64,000 bases of DNA from Alphaproteobacteria bacterium (GTDB taxonomy: Bacteria; Pseudomonadota; Alphaproteobacteria; UBA828). The stretch spans positions 1,088,001 to 1,152,000 of the forward strand of contig CAXXMU010000006.1 in the NCBI GenBank assembly GCA_963667785.2, read 5' to 3'. Position 1 is the first letter of the stretch; the number at the start of each line of letters is the position of its first letter. The translations under genes and the position numbers were made by a program. Below the pieces are notes generated by a model, which was not told the DNA's origin, did no database searches, and saw only the letters and a program-made list of their open reading frames with translations. Positions 20,730 to 30,858 of the stretch are shown in pieces.

Positions 20730-21359
20730 TCAGGGGCGCTTCAGCGCCGGAAAGCCGGGGTATTCCGAGAAGTGGTCGCCCGCATGGTTCGCCATCCCCG
20801 GCTTGGTGAGGCATCCGCGTGGCGGGGCGTAGCTCTCGATGCGCCGCGCCGGCTTCTCGCACCAGCGCAGGTTGAAGGCGGCGAAGGTGGGGAAGAACGC
20901 CATGTCGGAATAGGGCAGGTTGTCGTGTATCCACCAGGCCATGGCCTGCCAAGGCGTGCCCGCCTCGTAGCGGGGGATGAACCAGGGGATGACGACGCAG
21001 GCGGTCGCCCCCATGTGGCCCTCGTCGTCCCGCCGGTCCCACACGTGGCGGGCGTGATTCCAGGTGGTCTCGCCGCAGTTGTAGCCCCTGTGACTGCGCT
21101 CGTGACCGAAGCTGTTGACCTCGACGGAGCGGAAGGCGGAGCGGATCGAGACGTGGCCGAAGGTGGCGTGCAGGGGCTCCAGCAGCTCCTCGCAGAGCCG
21201 GGTCCCGGCCTCGACGGCGAGGTCGGGGTCGTCGGGAATGTTGGGGATCCCGTGGAAGTTCGCGATCTCGCTGTAGAGCATCTCGCGCATGAAGAAGTGC
21301 TCGGAGAGCCGCACCCGGCCGAGCGTCTCGAGGGCCTTCATGGAACCGGGCTTGCGCAT
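20730..21359 (-). CDS. Conserved hypothetical protein, peptidase M15-like
   Basis: Pattern RLSEHFFMRE..., LLEPL..FG.V.IRSAFRS..VN, followed by a conserved His. Confidence 0.6.
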   Translation of the reverse strand: MRKPGSMKALETLGRVRLSEHFFMREMLYSEIANFHGIPNIPDDPDLAVEAGTRLCEELLEPLHATFGHVSIRSAFRSVEVNSFGHERSHRGYNCGETTWNHARHVWDRRDDEGHMGATACVVIPWFIPRYEAGTPWQAMAWWIHDNLPYSDMAFFPTFAAFNLRWCEKPARRIESYAPPRGCLTKPGMANHAGDHFSEYPGFPALKRP

Positions 21360-21610
21360 GGGATGCTCCCTCCGAATTCGGCGTCCTTCGGGCGCACTCG
21401 CGCCCGATGGAACGCCGGGGCCGAGAAGGGCACAGCATAGCGGGCCGATCGGCGGCGGCGCACGGCCGTCGCACCACATCGGCCATGGAATCGCTTCCCG
21501 CAATCCGTGTATAGTGGCCGGTGAGGAGGTTCGCGGGGGACCCTGCCGCGGAGACGAGCGGTGCCCCCCGCGAGGCGCTCGACGTTGTCGAAGTAAAGGG
21601 GAGGCACAGC

Positions 21611-22804
21611 ATGAGCGAGAAGTGGGGTATTCCGGACATATCGCGACGCGACGTGCTTAAGGGCACGGCGGCGACCGCGGCGGTGGCCGCCGCCGGATCG
21701 CTTGCCGCGACCCGGGGGGCGCAGGCGGCGTCCACCACGGTCAAGGGCTACGGCGTCACCACGTCGCAGCTCAAGGACTGGTCGATCATGGAGAAGGCCA
21801 TCGGCATCACGATGGAATTCACCGGGACCAATGCCGACATCGGCACATACATGCGGGACGTGATCTCGAACGATCTTGGCGAGACCCACGACATCTTCAT
21901 CTTCGACGGCGGCACCGAGGACATTCTGGGGCCGCAGGGCTACTACGCCACGGTCATCGAGGACCATCCGAACCTCTCGCTCTGGGCGCGGACCTCCGAC
22001 GACTGGAAGCGCACCGACCTGTTGCAGGACTATGACGGCAACCAGTACGGCGTGCCGGTCATCGGCAATGCGGACAGCTTCGGCTACTTCCCGGAGGCGA
22101 TCGGGGCGAATCCAGAGGGTCTCGACGAGATTCCCTGGAGCAAGATGATGGAGGATGAGGACACCAAGGGTCGCGTCTCGCTCGACCGCAGCTGGCTGCT
22201 GTCGAGCCCCGAGGTCGGCCTCTACCTCAAGGCCAACGGCCGGGCCGAGATCGAAGACGTCGCCAACATGACCGGCGAGGAGGCCCGCGTGGTCGCGGAC
22301 TTCGCGGCCGATCGCAAGCGCGCCGGCCAGTTCCGCTCGCTGCACGCGGCCTTCGAGGAGCAGGTTCAGCTCCTCAGCAACCGCGAGATCGACCTGATCA
22401 ACTGCTGGGAGCCTGCCACCAAGGAGGCCAACAACATCCTCGGCCCCGGCACGGTGATCTACGCCTTCACGGTCGAGGGCTATTACAAGTGGGGCCACGG
22501 CGCCTACATGCACACCAAGGCCGGCGAGCGCGACAACGTCGACAACATCTACAAGGTCCTCAACTACTACATGACCGGCGAGTACCGCGCCTATCAGGCG
22601 ATCCAGCGCGGCTACGCCGGGCCCAACATGGACCTCGGCGTTCAGTTCGCGCAGGAGAACGGCTGGCCGGAGGAGCAGGTCGAAGAGCTCAAGTGGACCG
22701 AGATCAAGGTCAACAAGAAGTTCGAGAAGCCCTTCTTCGGCAAGCCCGCGGCGCCGAACGCCGACGTCATGGAAGAGGAGTGGCAGCGGTTCCTGAACGC
22801 CTGA
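21611..22804 (+). CDS. Tat-exported PotD/PotF-like ABC substrate-binding protein
   Basis: SRRDVLK twin-arginine signal; directly upstream of PotB/C-like permeases. Confidence 0.8.
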   Translation: MSEKWGIPDISRRDVLKGTAATAAVAAAGSLAATRGAQAASTTVKGYGVTTSQLKDWSIMEKAIGITMEFTGTNADIGTYMRDVISNDLGETHDIFIFDGGTEDILGPQGYYATVIEDHPNLSLWARTSDDWKRTDLLQDYDGNQYGVPVIGNADSFGYFPEAIGANPEGLDEIPWSKMMEDEDTKGRVSLDRSWLLSSPEVGLYLKANGRAEIEDVANMTGEEARVVADFAADRKRAGQFRSLHAAFEEQVQLLSNREIDLINCWEPATKEANNILGPGTVIYAFTVEGYYKWGHGAYMHTKAGERDNVDNIYKVLNYYMTGEYRAYQAIQRGYAGPNMDLGVQFAQENGWPEEQVEELKWTEIKVNKKFEKPFFGKPAAPNADVMEEEWQRFLNA

Positions 22805-22828
22805 CTGCGCCATTCGTGATGTGACCAA

Positions 22829-22882
22829 GGCCCCGGTGCGCCCCGCGAACATCCTCGCACGGCGCGCCGGGGCTCTTTGTTT
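22829..22882 (+). terminator. Intra-operonic stem-loop or terminator after the binding-protein gene
   Basis: gccccggtgcgcc...ggcgcgccggggc followed by tctttgttt. Confidence 0.5.
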
Positions 22883-22893
22883 GTCGGCGATCG

Positions 22894-23814
22894 ATGTCTG
22901 ATTCGGCGGGAAGCGGCTTCGTCGGTGACCTCCGGGCCGGCTACACCCGGATTTTCTCGGGCGGCTGGGTGGTGCCGGTGTTCGTGGCGGCGTGGGTGAT
23001 CATCGTCATCCTGCCGCTCCTCGTCATGATCTCCTACAGCTTCTTCGAGATGAAGAACTACCAGGTGTCCTACGACGCCTCGTTCAAGACGTGGGACTCC
23101 CTGATCGATTCCGGGCGTTGGATCGCAGGCGTTCGCACGCTCCGCGTCGTGCTCATGATGACGGTCATCGAGTTCCTGATCGCATTCCCCTTCGCGCTGT
23201 GGCTTGCCAAGACGTGCAAGTCGAAGGTGACCAAGGCGGTCATCATCACACTGCTCACCATCCCGTTCTTCCTCGATCCCTCCTCGCGAACCATCATCTG
23301 GCGCGCCATCCTCGGCAAGAACGGCATCATCAACACCGTTCTCATGGAGCTCGGCATCATCAGCGAGCCGATGGAGTGGATGCTGTTCTCGGAATTCGCG
23401 GTCCACTTCGGGATGCTCGCGCCCTACTTCCCGACGATGGTGTTCCCCATCTTCCTGGTGGTGAGCCTCATCGACGACCACTATCTGGAGGCAAGCCGCG
23501 ACCTCGGCGCGAGCAAGTTGCACACGCTCTTCTACATCATCCTGCCGCTGTCGCTGCCGGGCATCGTCGCCGGCGCCGTCTTCACCATGGTGCCGCTCAT
23601 GGCGACGTGGGTGGAGCCGGAGATGCTGGGGGGCGGCTTCGTCAACCTGCTCGGACCATCGGTGGAAGCGGCGATCCGGAATCTGAAGTACCCGACCGCG
23701 GCCGCGCTTTCGGTCTTCGTCATCATCGTGCTCGCGCTGCTGCTGACGCTGCTGATTCTGGCGACGCGGCGTTTGGGTTCCATCGGCGATGTCTTCCAGA
23801 CGCTGCGGCGGTGA
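22894..23814 (+). CDS. PotB-like ABC permease
   Basis: EAA loop LEASRDLGAS and ILPLSLPGI. Confidence 0.88.
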   Translation: MSDSAGSGFVGDLRAGYTRIFSGGWVVPVFVAAWVIIVILPLLVMISYSFFEMKNYQVSYDASFKTWDSLIDSGRWIAGVRTLRVVLMMTVIEFLIAFPFALWLAKTCKSKVTKAVIITLLTIPFFLDPSSRTIIWRAILGKNGIINTVLMELGIISEPMEWMLFSEFAVHFGMLAPYFPTMVFPIFLVVSLIDDHYLEASRDLGASKLHTLFYIILPLSLPGIVAGAVFTMVPLMATWVEPEMLGGGFVNLLGPSVEAAIRNLKYPTAAALSVFVIIVLALLLTLLILATRRLGSIGDVFQTLRR

Positions 23815-23824
23815 GGCTCCGGCG

Positions 23825-24700
23825 ATGAGCGAGCGCGCACAGCACAGGATGGCGGCCACCATCGACGACCAGATCGGCCACGGCGGGGCGCTCTTCTGGC
23901 GACGGCTGTCGGCGTGGCGGCTCTGGACCGCGCTCGCCAAGTGGCTCGGGCTGATCGTCATCCTGCTGATGTACATCCCGCTGGTCTGGCTCGCCGTGAT
24001 GTCGTTCAGCGGCAAGCCGCTCTCGGGTATCCCCTACCCGCTCACCATGGAGCACTACGACGAGCTCTTCTCTGCCTTCAACAAGTGGGGAGAGCCGCTC
24101 TACGAGAGCATCGCCATGGGCGTCGTCGTCGGCATCGTCTGCATGATCGTGGCCACTGCCGTCGGCCGCGCGATGCCCAGGATGCGCAAGCCCGGCGGCG
24201 TCATCCTGATCGCCCTCATTCCCCTCTTCGTGCCGGGGCTCACCATGGGGGCGGCACTCTTCATCTCCATCCGCTCCTTCCTCGACCTCAGGCTGGGTCT
24301 CTGGTCGATCTTCGTCGGCCATCTGGTGTGGTCGCTGCCCTTCTCGTTGCTGCTGGTTCTGATCATCGCAACACGTTTCGACCACCGCCTGCTGGAGGCG
24401 GCACAGGATCTCGGCGCCACCTCGTGGCGGCGCTTCTGGGACATCGAGTTTCCCATCCTGCGCCCCGGCATCATCGGCGCCGGCATCTTCGGCTTCCTGC
24501 TCTCCTTCAACGAGCTGCTGCGCTCGATCTTCCTGCGCGGCTCCGAGACGACGATGCCGATCTACAACTGGACCATGACCGCATCGCACCAGTCGCAGGT
24601 GCCGATCATCTTCTCGCTGTCGACGATCATCCTGGCCGTCACGCTGCCGATCCTCGGCGGCTTCTTCTGGCTGCTGTTCGCGAAGCTCGACCGCAGCTGA
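23825..24700 (+). CDS. PotC-like ABC permease
   Basis: Motifs LEAAQDLGAT and FLLSFNE. Confidence 0.88.
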   Translation: MSERAQHRMAATIDDQIGHGGALFWRRLSAWRLWTALAKWLGLIVILLMYIPLVWLAVMSFSGKPLSGIPYPLTMEHYDELFSAFNKWGEPLYESIAMGVVVGIVCMIVATAVGRAMPRMRKPGGVILIALIPLFVPGLTMGAALFISIRSFLDLRLGLWSIFVGHLVWSLPFSLLLVLIIATRFDHRLLEAAQDLGATSWRRFWDIEFPILRPGIIGAGIFGFLLSFNELLRSIFLRGSETTMPIYNWTMTASHQSQVPIIFSLSTIILAVTLPILGGFFWLLFAKLDRS

Positions 24701-24799
24701 CGCCCATCCCTGCCCTTCCTCCCCCTCCCCGCTCTTGCGGCTGCGGGGGCATTTGGCTAGGGTCCGCCGCGTGGCCGGCGCCCGGGTGCCGGCCCGTGC

Positions 24800-24876
24800 G
24801 CGCTCGTAGCTCAGCTGGATAGAGCACCAGACTACGAATCTGGGGGTCGGGGGTTCGAATCCTCCCGAGCGCGCCA
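24800..24876 (+). tRNA. tRNA-Arg (ACG)
   Basis: GCGCTCG/CGAGCGC acceptor stem, D-arm TAGCTCAGCTGGATAGAGC, anticodon loop CTACGAA, GTTCGAATC T-loop and encoded CCA. Confidence 0.97.
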
Positions 24877-24931
24877 CCTCGACCCGCTGCGGTCTGCCGA
24901 TGTTGCACCGGCCGGTGCGGGCGGTGCGGCG

Positions 24932-26041
24932 TCAAGTCACGACCCGCACCTCACCCGCGTCGAGTGCGGGCAGCCTGGCCGGATCGAAGGGCGAGAGATC
25001 CACGGCGCGGCTCTCGCCATCGGCGATCAGCGCGGCGATCGCCTCGCCCGTGGCCGGGCCGTTCAGCATCCCCCACACGCTGTGACCCGTCGCCACGTAG
25101 GCGCCCGCGACACCGGCGACCGCGCCGATGAGCGGCAGTCCGTCCTCGACGACCGGTCGATAGCAGGCCTGCGCGGCCAGCACGTCCGCGCCGCCGAGGT
25201 CCGGCGCGAATTGCGCGGTCATGGCGCGAAGCCTGGCTGAGCCGTCGTCGTCCGGCGCCACCGCGGCCGGGTCCACGGGCAACGGCGCCTCGCTGGAGAG
25301 GCCGCAGACATAGGTCGTGCCGTCGGGCCGGGGAAAGACCTCCGGCGAGGCGAGGGTGCCCGCCTCGGTCTCAAGCTCCACGAAGAGCGCGCACGGCTCC
25401 GGCGCGGGCGCGTAGCGGAAGACCAAGCTGTGCCCCTTCAGGCCGTAGACCGCAGGCAGCGGCAGCCAGCGGCTCGCCATCACCGACCAGGGGCCCATGG
25501 CGATGACGACCGCGTCGCCCGCGACCTCTTGCCCGTCCACCATTGCGCCCCGCACGGCCCCGTCGACAGCGCGCGCCACGCCGGTGACGGTGCCCATCAT
25601 GAGCCGCGCACCGCGCGCGATCGCCGCCCGCATCAGGGCGCCGGTGAAGGCGGCAGGCGCCACCTGGGCCGTGGTCTCGGCGGTGCCGAGCCTGGCATGG
25701 ACCGCCGCGCCCTCCGCCAGCCAGTCGGGCGCGGGGAGCTTGCGGTAGAAGCCCACGTCGCGGCGTGCGCTGGCAACGACACCGATGGTGTCGAGCCTGC
25801 GGTATCCCCAATCGTCGTCGATGCGGTCGGCGAGCTCGGCATGCAAGGCGAAACTGCGCCGTGCCAGCGGCTCCGCGGCGGAGCCGTCGCACCAGTCGAG
25901 CGCCAGGAACCCGCCGGACTTGCCCGAAGCCGCGTTGGCAATGCCGGTGCGCTCGATCACCATGGCCTCGATCCCGCGCTCGGCCAGGAAGTACGCGCAC
26001 GCCGCGCCGATCACGCCGCCGCCGCAGATCAATACGCGCAT
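24932..26041 (-). CDS. FAD-dependent oxidoreductase (DAO/glycine oxidase family)
   Basis: Motifs GGGVIG, ASGKSGGF and ATGHSVWGMLNGPATG. Confidence 0.9.
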   Translation of the reverse strand: MRVLICGGGVIGAACAYFLAERGIEAMVIERTGIANAASGKSGGFLALDWCDGSAAEPLARRSFALHAELADRIDDDWGYRRLDTIGVVASARRDVGFYRKLPAPDWLAEGAAVHARLGTAETTAQVAPAAFTGALMRAAIARGARLMMGTVTGVARAVDGAVRGAMVDGQEVAGDAVVIAMGPWSVMASRWLPLPAVYGLKGHSLVFRYAPAPEPCALFVELETEAGTLASPEVFPRPDGTTYVCGLSSEAPLPVDPAAVAPDDDGSARLRAMTAQFAPDLGGADVLAAQACYRPVVEDGLPLIGAVAGVAGAYVATGHSVWGMLNGPATGEAIAALIADGESRAVDLSPFDPARLPALDAGEVRVVT

Positions 26042-26199
26042 GTGAGCCTCCCGGCTTGCAACTGCGGGCACGAGGCGGGGAACAGCGCTTCTCCCGTCGG
26101 GCCGGCGAGTTCGAGCTTGCGTCGCCGCCGCCGCGCTTGCAAACGCGCATCGGCCGGCTACAGTCGGCGCCCCTTCGACCGATAGATGGAGCGACACCC

Positions 26200-26583
26200 A
26201 TGCTCAGCCGCGAGGAACTGATCGCGCTCGTCGAGGACGCCTACTTCTCCAATGTCGACAGCAAGAACCTCGAGCCCGCGGTCGCGTGCTTCGCGGAGGA
26301 TGCGGAGCTCCGCATCCAGTCGGCCCACGTCAGCCATGTCGGCCACGATCAGATCGGCCGCATGTTCCGGGACTTCATGGCCGCGACCAAGATCATCTAC
26401 CACGGCGACTTCAGCCACGTCGTCGACGTCGACAACCAGTGGATCGCCTCGCAGTTCGTCGCCCGCAACGACTACGACGACGGCCGTCACGTCGAGATGC
26501 GCAACTGCAACTTCTTCCAGGTCGAGGACGGCCGCTTCAAGCGCGTGACGATCTACATGACCGACGAGAACCCGCTGGTCTGA
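26200..26583 (+). CDS. NTF2/SnoaL-like protein
   Basis: 127 aa with the pattern YF..VD...CFAEDA...CNFF...KRVTIY. Confidence 0.8.
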   Translation: MLSREELIALVEDAYFSNVDSKNLEPAVACFAEDAELRIQSAHVSHVGHDQIGRMFRDFMAATKIIYHGDFSHVVDVDNQWIASQFVARNDYDDGRHVEMRNCNFFQVEDGRFKRVTIYMTDENPLV

Positions 26584-26626
26584 CCCGGCGCCGCCCGCCC
26601 GGCTGGCCGGCACTCCCGGTCACGGT

Positions 26627-27022
26627 CTACGCCGCTTCTTCGGGGAGCGGGCGCGGACGGCCCTCCTCGTCGATCGCGACATAGATGAAGGTGCCCTCGG
26701 TGACCCTGACCTCCGTGGGACCGCGCCGCCGCCGCGCCCAGGTCTCGATGGCGACGGTGATCGAGGTCCGCCCGCTTTTGACCACCCGGGCGTAGCAGGT
26801 CACGAGGTCGCCGACGGCGATGGGCGCGTGGAAGCGCATCGCCTCCACCGCCACCGTGACCGTGCGACCGCCGGCGCGCCCGGCCGCCGCAACGCCGCCC
26901 GCCAGGTCCATTTGCGCCAGCACCCAGCCGCCGAAGATGTCGCCGTTGGGGTTGGCATCGGCGGGCATGGCCAACGTCCTGAGCGCGGGCTCCATATCCG
27001 GTGGGCGGGCGGTCTCGGTCAT
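26627..27022 (-). CDS. yciA: Acyl-CoA thioesterase (hotdog fold)
   Basis: Motif MPADANPNGDIFGGWVLAQMDLAG. Confidence 0.88.
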   Translation of the reverse strand: MTETARPPDMEPALRTLAMPADANPNGDIFGGWVLAQMDLAGGVAAAGRAGGRTVTVAVEAMRFHAPIAVGDLVTCYARVVKSGRTSITVAIETWARRRRGPTEVRVTEGTFIYVAIDEEGRPRPLPEEAA

Positions 27023-27041
27023 GAGTCAAGCCTTCCGCTGT

Positions 27042-28097
27042 TCACGTGGTTGCCAGACGGCCTTTCCGCCAGGCGCGGATATAGGCCATGCAGTGCTCGT
27101 CCCGCCCGAGCAACACGTCCTCGGCGAGTTGGTAGCGGGGATCAGTGCGGTCGATGGCGAGGATCGCCTCGGGCGGGCTCGCCACCGGGTCCATGATGGC
27201 GCCGTCGGCGCCGGCGTCTACCGCAAGCAGGATGAACATCTCGTTGAGCAGCGTGCGAGCCGGCAGCCCGAACGAGACGTTGCTCATGCCGCCGGTGATG
27301 TGGATGTCATCGCCGAAGCGGGCACGAAGCGCGCGGATCGCGTCGAGGCAGTGACGGCCATAGCGGGAATCCACCGAGATCGGGAAGACCAGCGGGTCGA
27401 TGTAGAGATCGCCCGGTCCGAAGCCCCTGGCGAGCGCCGCCTCCACCATGCGCGCAGCATTCTCCACCCGCGCATCGGCGCCGTCCGGCATCCCCCGCTC
27501 GCCGGCGGCCGTCACTACCACGCGGCAGTCGTGCGCCCGTGCGAGGTCGAGCGCCTCCAGCCGCTCCAGCGAGGCCGAGTTGAGCATCGGGCGCGCGCGC
27601 GCCGGCGCGATGGCTTCCAGGCCCGCGCGGATCACGTCGACGCTCGAGGAATCGATGGAGAGCGGGAGCGCGGTCATTCCCTGGACCGTCCTGGCGAGCC
27701 AGGCCATGGCGCCGGTCTGGACGCCGAGCTTGGGCGAGATCTCGTCCACGTTGAGGTCGAGGAAGGCCGCGCCGGCGCGCTCCTGATGGCGGACCAGCGC
27801 CTCGATGTAGCGCAGGCCCTCGGCCGCATCGCCCGGCGGATCGCTGGCCGCCGTTTCCATCGCGGTCTCGATCGCGACCTGGACGTGCTTGACCCGCCCC
27901 TCCTCGTAGTCCTTGGTCCGCTTCGCCGCCTCCGTCACCGGGAGTGCCCGCTCCTCGCCGTCTGCGCTGCGGTAGAGGATCGCCTCGGCGCCGTCGCGCT
28001 CGGCGATGCGCTTGCCCTTGCGCAACGCCACGCGCGTGCAGTGGATATTCTCGCCGATGACGGTGAGCGCCGGCCGAGTGCTAAGCCCTGCGGTCAT
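27042..28097 (-). CDS. Pterin-binding methyl-THF:corrinoid methyltransferase (AcsE/MetH-pterin domain)
   Basis: Motifs VIGENIH, LDLNVD, LSIDSS, IDPLVFP and GGMSNVSFGLP. Confidence 0.85.
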   Translation of the reverse strand: MTAGLSTRPALTVIGENIHCTRVALRKGKRIAERDGAEAILYRSADGEERALPVTEAAKRTKDYEEGRVKHVQVAIETAMETAASDPPGDAAEGLRYIEALVRHQERAGAAFLDLNVDEISPKLGVQTGAMAWLARTVQGMTALPLSIDSSSVDVIRAGLEAIAPARARPMLNSASLERLEALDLARAHDCRVVVTAAGERGMPDGADARVENAARMVEAALARGFGPGDLYIDPLVFPISVDSRYGRHCLDAIRALRARFGDDIHITGGMSNVSFGLPARTLLNEMFILLAVDAGADGAIMDPVASPPEAILAIDRTDPRYQLAEDVLLGRDEHCMAYIRAWRKGRLATT

Positions 28098-30085
28098 GCG
28101 ATTCCTCCTTCTGCCGTGAGGTGCGATGGCATCGGCTTGAACTGGCAGCCGTCGACGAAGAGGTCAAAGAAGTCCGGCGTGGTCTCCAGCTCGATGTGCT
28201 CGATGGCCTGGACCTCGCGCTCGAGCGCCCGGCGCCGGGTGCGGGAGAGCAGGATCGTACGCGCCCCCCGCGCCGCCGCGTTGCCGGCCTTGACGACGCG
28301 ATCTTCCGGCACCGGCGCCAGCAGGCCGATGGAGACCGCGTTGCGGACGTTCACGTAGTTGGCGAAGCCGCCGGCGAGATAGAGCCGCTCGATCCCGGCG
28401 GGATCCACGCCGAGCGCACGCATGACGATCACCTGGCCGCAATAGTTGGCGGCCTTGGCCTGGCCGAGGTTGCTGGCGTCCTCCTTGGAGAAGGTGATCC
28501 CGTATTCCGGCACCACCATCGTTTCCTTCTGCTTGCGGTCGGCGGCGAAGACGCCCTTGGCGGTGAGCGTCCCGCTCCGCCTGAGCTCCGCCAGCAGGTC
28601 GATCAGGCCGGAGCCGCAGAGGCCGGCCGGCGCTGTGCCGCCGATGGTTTCCCAGGCGAAGTCGCCGTCGGACCTGAGGCGAACGGTCTCGATCGCGCCG
28701 TCCGCAGCCGGCATGCCGTAGCGCACCAGTCCGCCTTCGAAGGCGGGCCCCGCCGGGCAGGAGGCTGCGAGCAGGCGCCCCTGGTGCTTGAGCACGACCT
28801 CCGTGTTGGTGCCCATGTCGACGAGCATGGCGGTGTCCGCTTCCGCGAAACCCTTCTCCAGCGCCACCAGGGCGGCGGCGGCATCGCCGCCCACATGGCT
28901 CGCGACCAGCGGCAGCCCATAGACCCGCGCCGCCCGGTTGGCGCGCAGGCCCAGCCTGAGCGCTCGGGCCGAGAGCGCGGTATCCGGTCGTTCGCCGGCG
29001 AGGAAGGCATGCTCGACCGAGGACTTGTAGGGTTTCTGGCCGATGCCCTGGACATCGAGCTTGAACAGGATGTCGCGCATGGTGGGGTTCGCCGCCACCA
29101 CGATCTCGTAGATCGCCTGCCGGCTCGTGCCGAGTCGAGCGCAGCCGTCCATGACGGCGCGGTTGATGGCGGACGCGGCGGCCTTCTGCAGCTCCTTCGC
29201 CGGGTCATCGCGGTCGTAGGAGATGCGGTGCATCACGTCGCTGCCGCCGAAGGCCTGCGGGTTCTCGAAGGCGGCGCCGTGCACGCTATCGCCGGTCTCC
29301 AGGTCGATGAAATCGAGCACCACGGTGGTGGTGCCGAGATCGACCGCGAGCCCGAGCATGCGCCCGCGATAGCGGTCGACCACCTCGCCGTCGTAGAGCA
29401 CGTCCTCGCCCTGTCGGGTGACGACAGGATCGAACGCGTCCGGTGCGCCGGCCGCCACGTGGGCGCGGGTCAAGATGCGCGCACGCCGGCGGAGCGGCGC
29501 GAACGACACGTCGATTTCGTCGCGCTCGATCACCGCCTGGCAGGCGAGACGGTAGGGCGCGCGCAGGAAGCCTTCCGCCTCGGTGCGGGCAGAGAGCGCG
29601 GCGTCGCCCGCACGCACCTCGACCACGCATTCATGGCAGCGGCCGTTGCGCTGGCACGACGTCGGCACCTCGACCGCGAGCTCGTCGGCACAGTCGAACA
29701 GCGTCATGCCGATGGCGAGCGGCTGCGACTTGCCGTCGTGGGAGACCGTGCCCGGACCGGTCGGATGGGCGCGGCCTTCGCGCCGGGCTGCCGCGGAGCG
29801 CCTGATCACGCCGAGCTTCGCTTTCGCGCGCTCGCGGGCGGCGGGGTCGGTCTCCCACGCCAGGCTGTAGTCGAAGGTGCCGTCATGGCCGCAGGTCGCG
29901 GGTTCGCCCGCAGTCTCGGCGGGGAGCTGGTTGCCGCAGGAGAAGGCGGCGGTGCAGCGGTCGCGCGCATCGCGATAGGGGCAGCGGTTCGTGGCCTGCT
30001 CGTCGGCGTGGCTCACGATGTCCGCGAAGATCTCGGTGAGCCGGTCGAGGCGCTTCTGATAATCCTCTCGGCTGATCTTGCTCAA
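28094..30085 (-). CDS. ASKHA-family reductive activator of corrinoid proteins (RACo/RamA-like, DUF4445)
   Basis: 2Fe-2S domain (SC..NGRC.EC...RLACQ); motifs DLGTTT, DMGTNTE, AGPAFEG and GLCGSG. Confidence 0.9.
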   Translation of the reverse strand: MSKISREDYQKRLDRLTEIFADIVSHADEQATNRCPYRDARDRCTAAFSCGNQLPAETAGEPATCGHDGTFDYSLAWETDPAARERAKAKLGVIRRSAAARREGRAHPTGPGTVSHDGKSQPLAIGMTLFDCADELAVEVPTSCQRNGRCHECVVEVRAGDAALSARTEAEGFLRAPYRLACQAVIERDEIDVSFAPLRRRARILTRAHVAAGAPDAFDPVVTRQGEDVLYDGEVVDRYRGRMLGLAVDLGTTTVVLDFIDLETGDSVHGAAFENPQAFGGSDVMHRISYDRDDPAKELQKAAASAINRAVMDGCARLGTSRQAIYEIVVAANPTMRDILFKLDVQGIGQKPYKSSVEHAFLAGERPDTALSARALRLGLRANRAARVYGLPLVASHVGGDAAAALVALEKGFAEADTAMLVDMGTNTEVVLKHQGRLLAASCPAGPAFEGGLVRYGMPAADGAIETVRLRSDGDFAWETIGGTAPAGLCGSGLIDLLAELRRSGTLTAKGVFAADRKQKETMVVPEYGITFSKEDASNLGQAKAANYCGQVIVMRALGVDPAGIERLYLAGGFANYVNVRNAVSIGLLAPVPEDRVVKAGNAAARGARTILLSRTRRRALEREVQAIEHIELETTPDFFDLFVDGCQFKPMPSHLTAEGGIA

Positions 30086-30094
30086 GGGCGCCGC

Positions 30095-30844
30095 CTATCC
30101 GCGCTCTTCCATCAGCTTCTTGGCGAGCGCGACGCAGGAGAGCGCGTCCTTGCCGTAGCCATCCGCCCCCATGTCGTCGGCGAACTCCTGGGTCACGGGT
30201 GCGCCGCCCACCATCACCATCACGTCGTCGCGGATGTCGGCGTCGATCAGCGCCTCGATGGTCCTGCCCATGTTGGGCATCGTCGTCGTGAGGAGGGCCG
30301 ACATCCCCATGATCGGTGCCCCATGCTCCTCCAGGGCGGCAATGAACTCGTCCTCGGAGGTATCGACGCCGAGGTCCACCACGTCGAAGCCGGCGCCGGA
30401 CAGCATCATGATGCAGAGGTTCTTGCCGATGTCGTGGAGGTCGCCCTTGACCGTGCCCATGATGACCGTGCCGATGGGCTCGACACCGGAGGCGGACAGG
30501 ATCGGCTCGATGTGGGTCATGCCGGCCTTCATCGCCCGCGCGCAGGCCAGCACCTCAGGCACGAAGATGAAGTTCTCGCGGAACTTGATGCCGACGATCC
30601 CCATGCCGGCGATCAGCCCGTCGTCCATGATCTCCAGCGCCTCGGTGCCGTCTGCCAGCGCCTTGACGGTCAGCGCATCCACCGTGTGGTTGTCGCCTTC
30701 GATGAGCGCCGCGGCGATGTCCCGCATCTCAGGCCGCATGCGCGCGAACAGCGCGACATTGCGCTCGATCTCGTCCGGGCGTTCGAGAAACTCCTCGATC
30801 TCGTCGCGGATCACCGCATTGGCGATGTCGGAAAGCGCGGCCAT
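30095..30844 (-). CDS. Corrinoid (B12)-binding protein, MtaC/MtbC-like
   Basis: B12-binding motif GDLHDIGKN...SALLTTT...VGGAP. Confidence 0.92.
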   Translation of the reverse strand: MAALSDIANAVIRDEIEEFLERPDEIERNVALFARMRPEMRDIAAALIEGDNHTVDALTVKALADGTEALEIMDDGLIAGMGIVGIKFRENFIFVPEVLACARAMKAGMTHIEPILSASGVEPIGTVIMGTVKGDLHDIGKNLCIMMLSGAGFDVVDLGVDTSEDEFIAALEEHGAPIMGMSALLTTTMPNMGRTIEALIDADIRDDVMVMVGGAPVTQEFADDMGADGYGKDALSCVALAKKLMEERG

Positions 30845-30858
30845 GGGAACGTCAGGGA

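Noticed and set aside
24800-24876. tRNA-Arg as an island integration site
   Set aside because: No adjacent integrase, no duplicated tRNA 3' end seen in the window, and the flanking genes look native.
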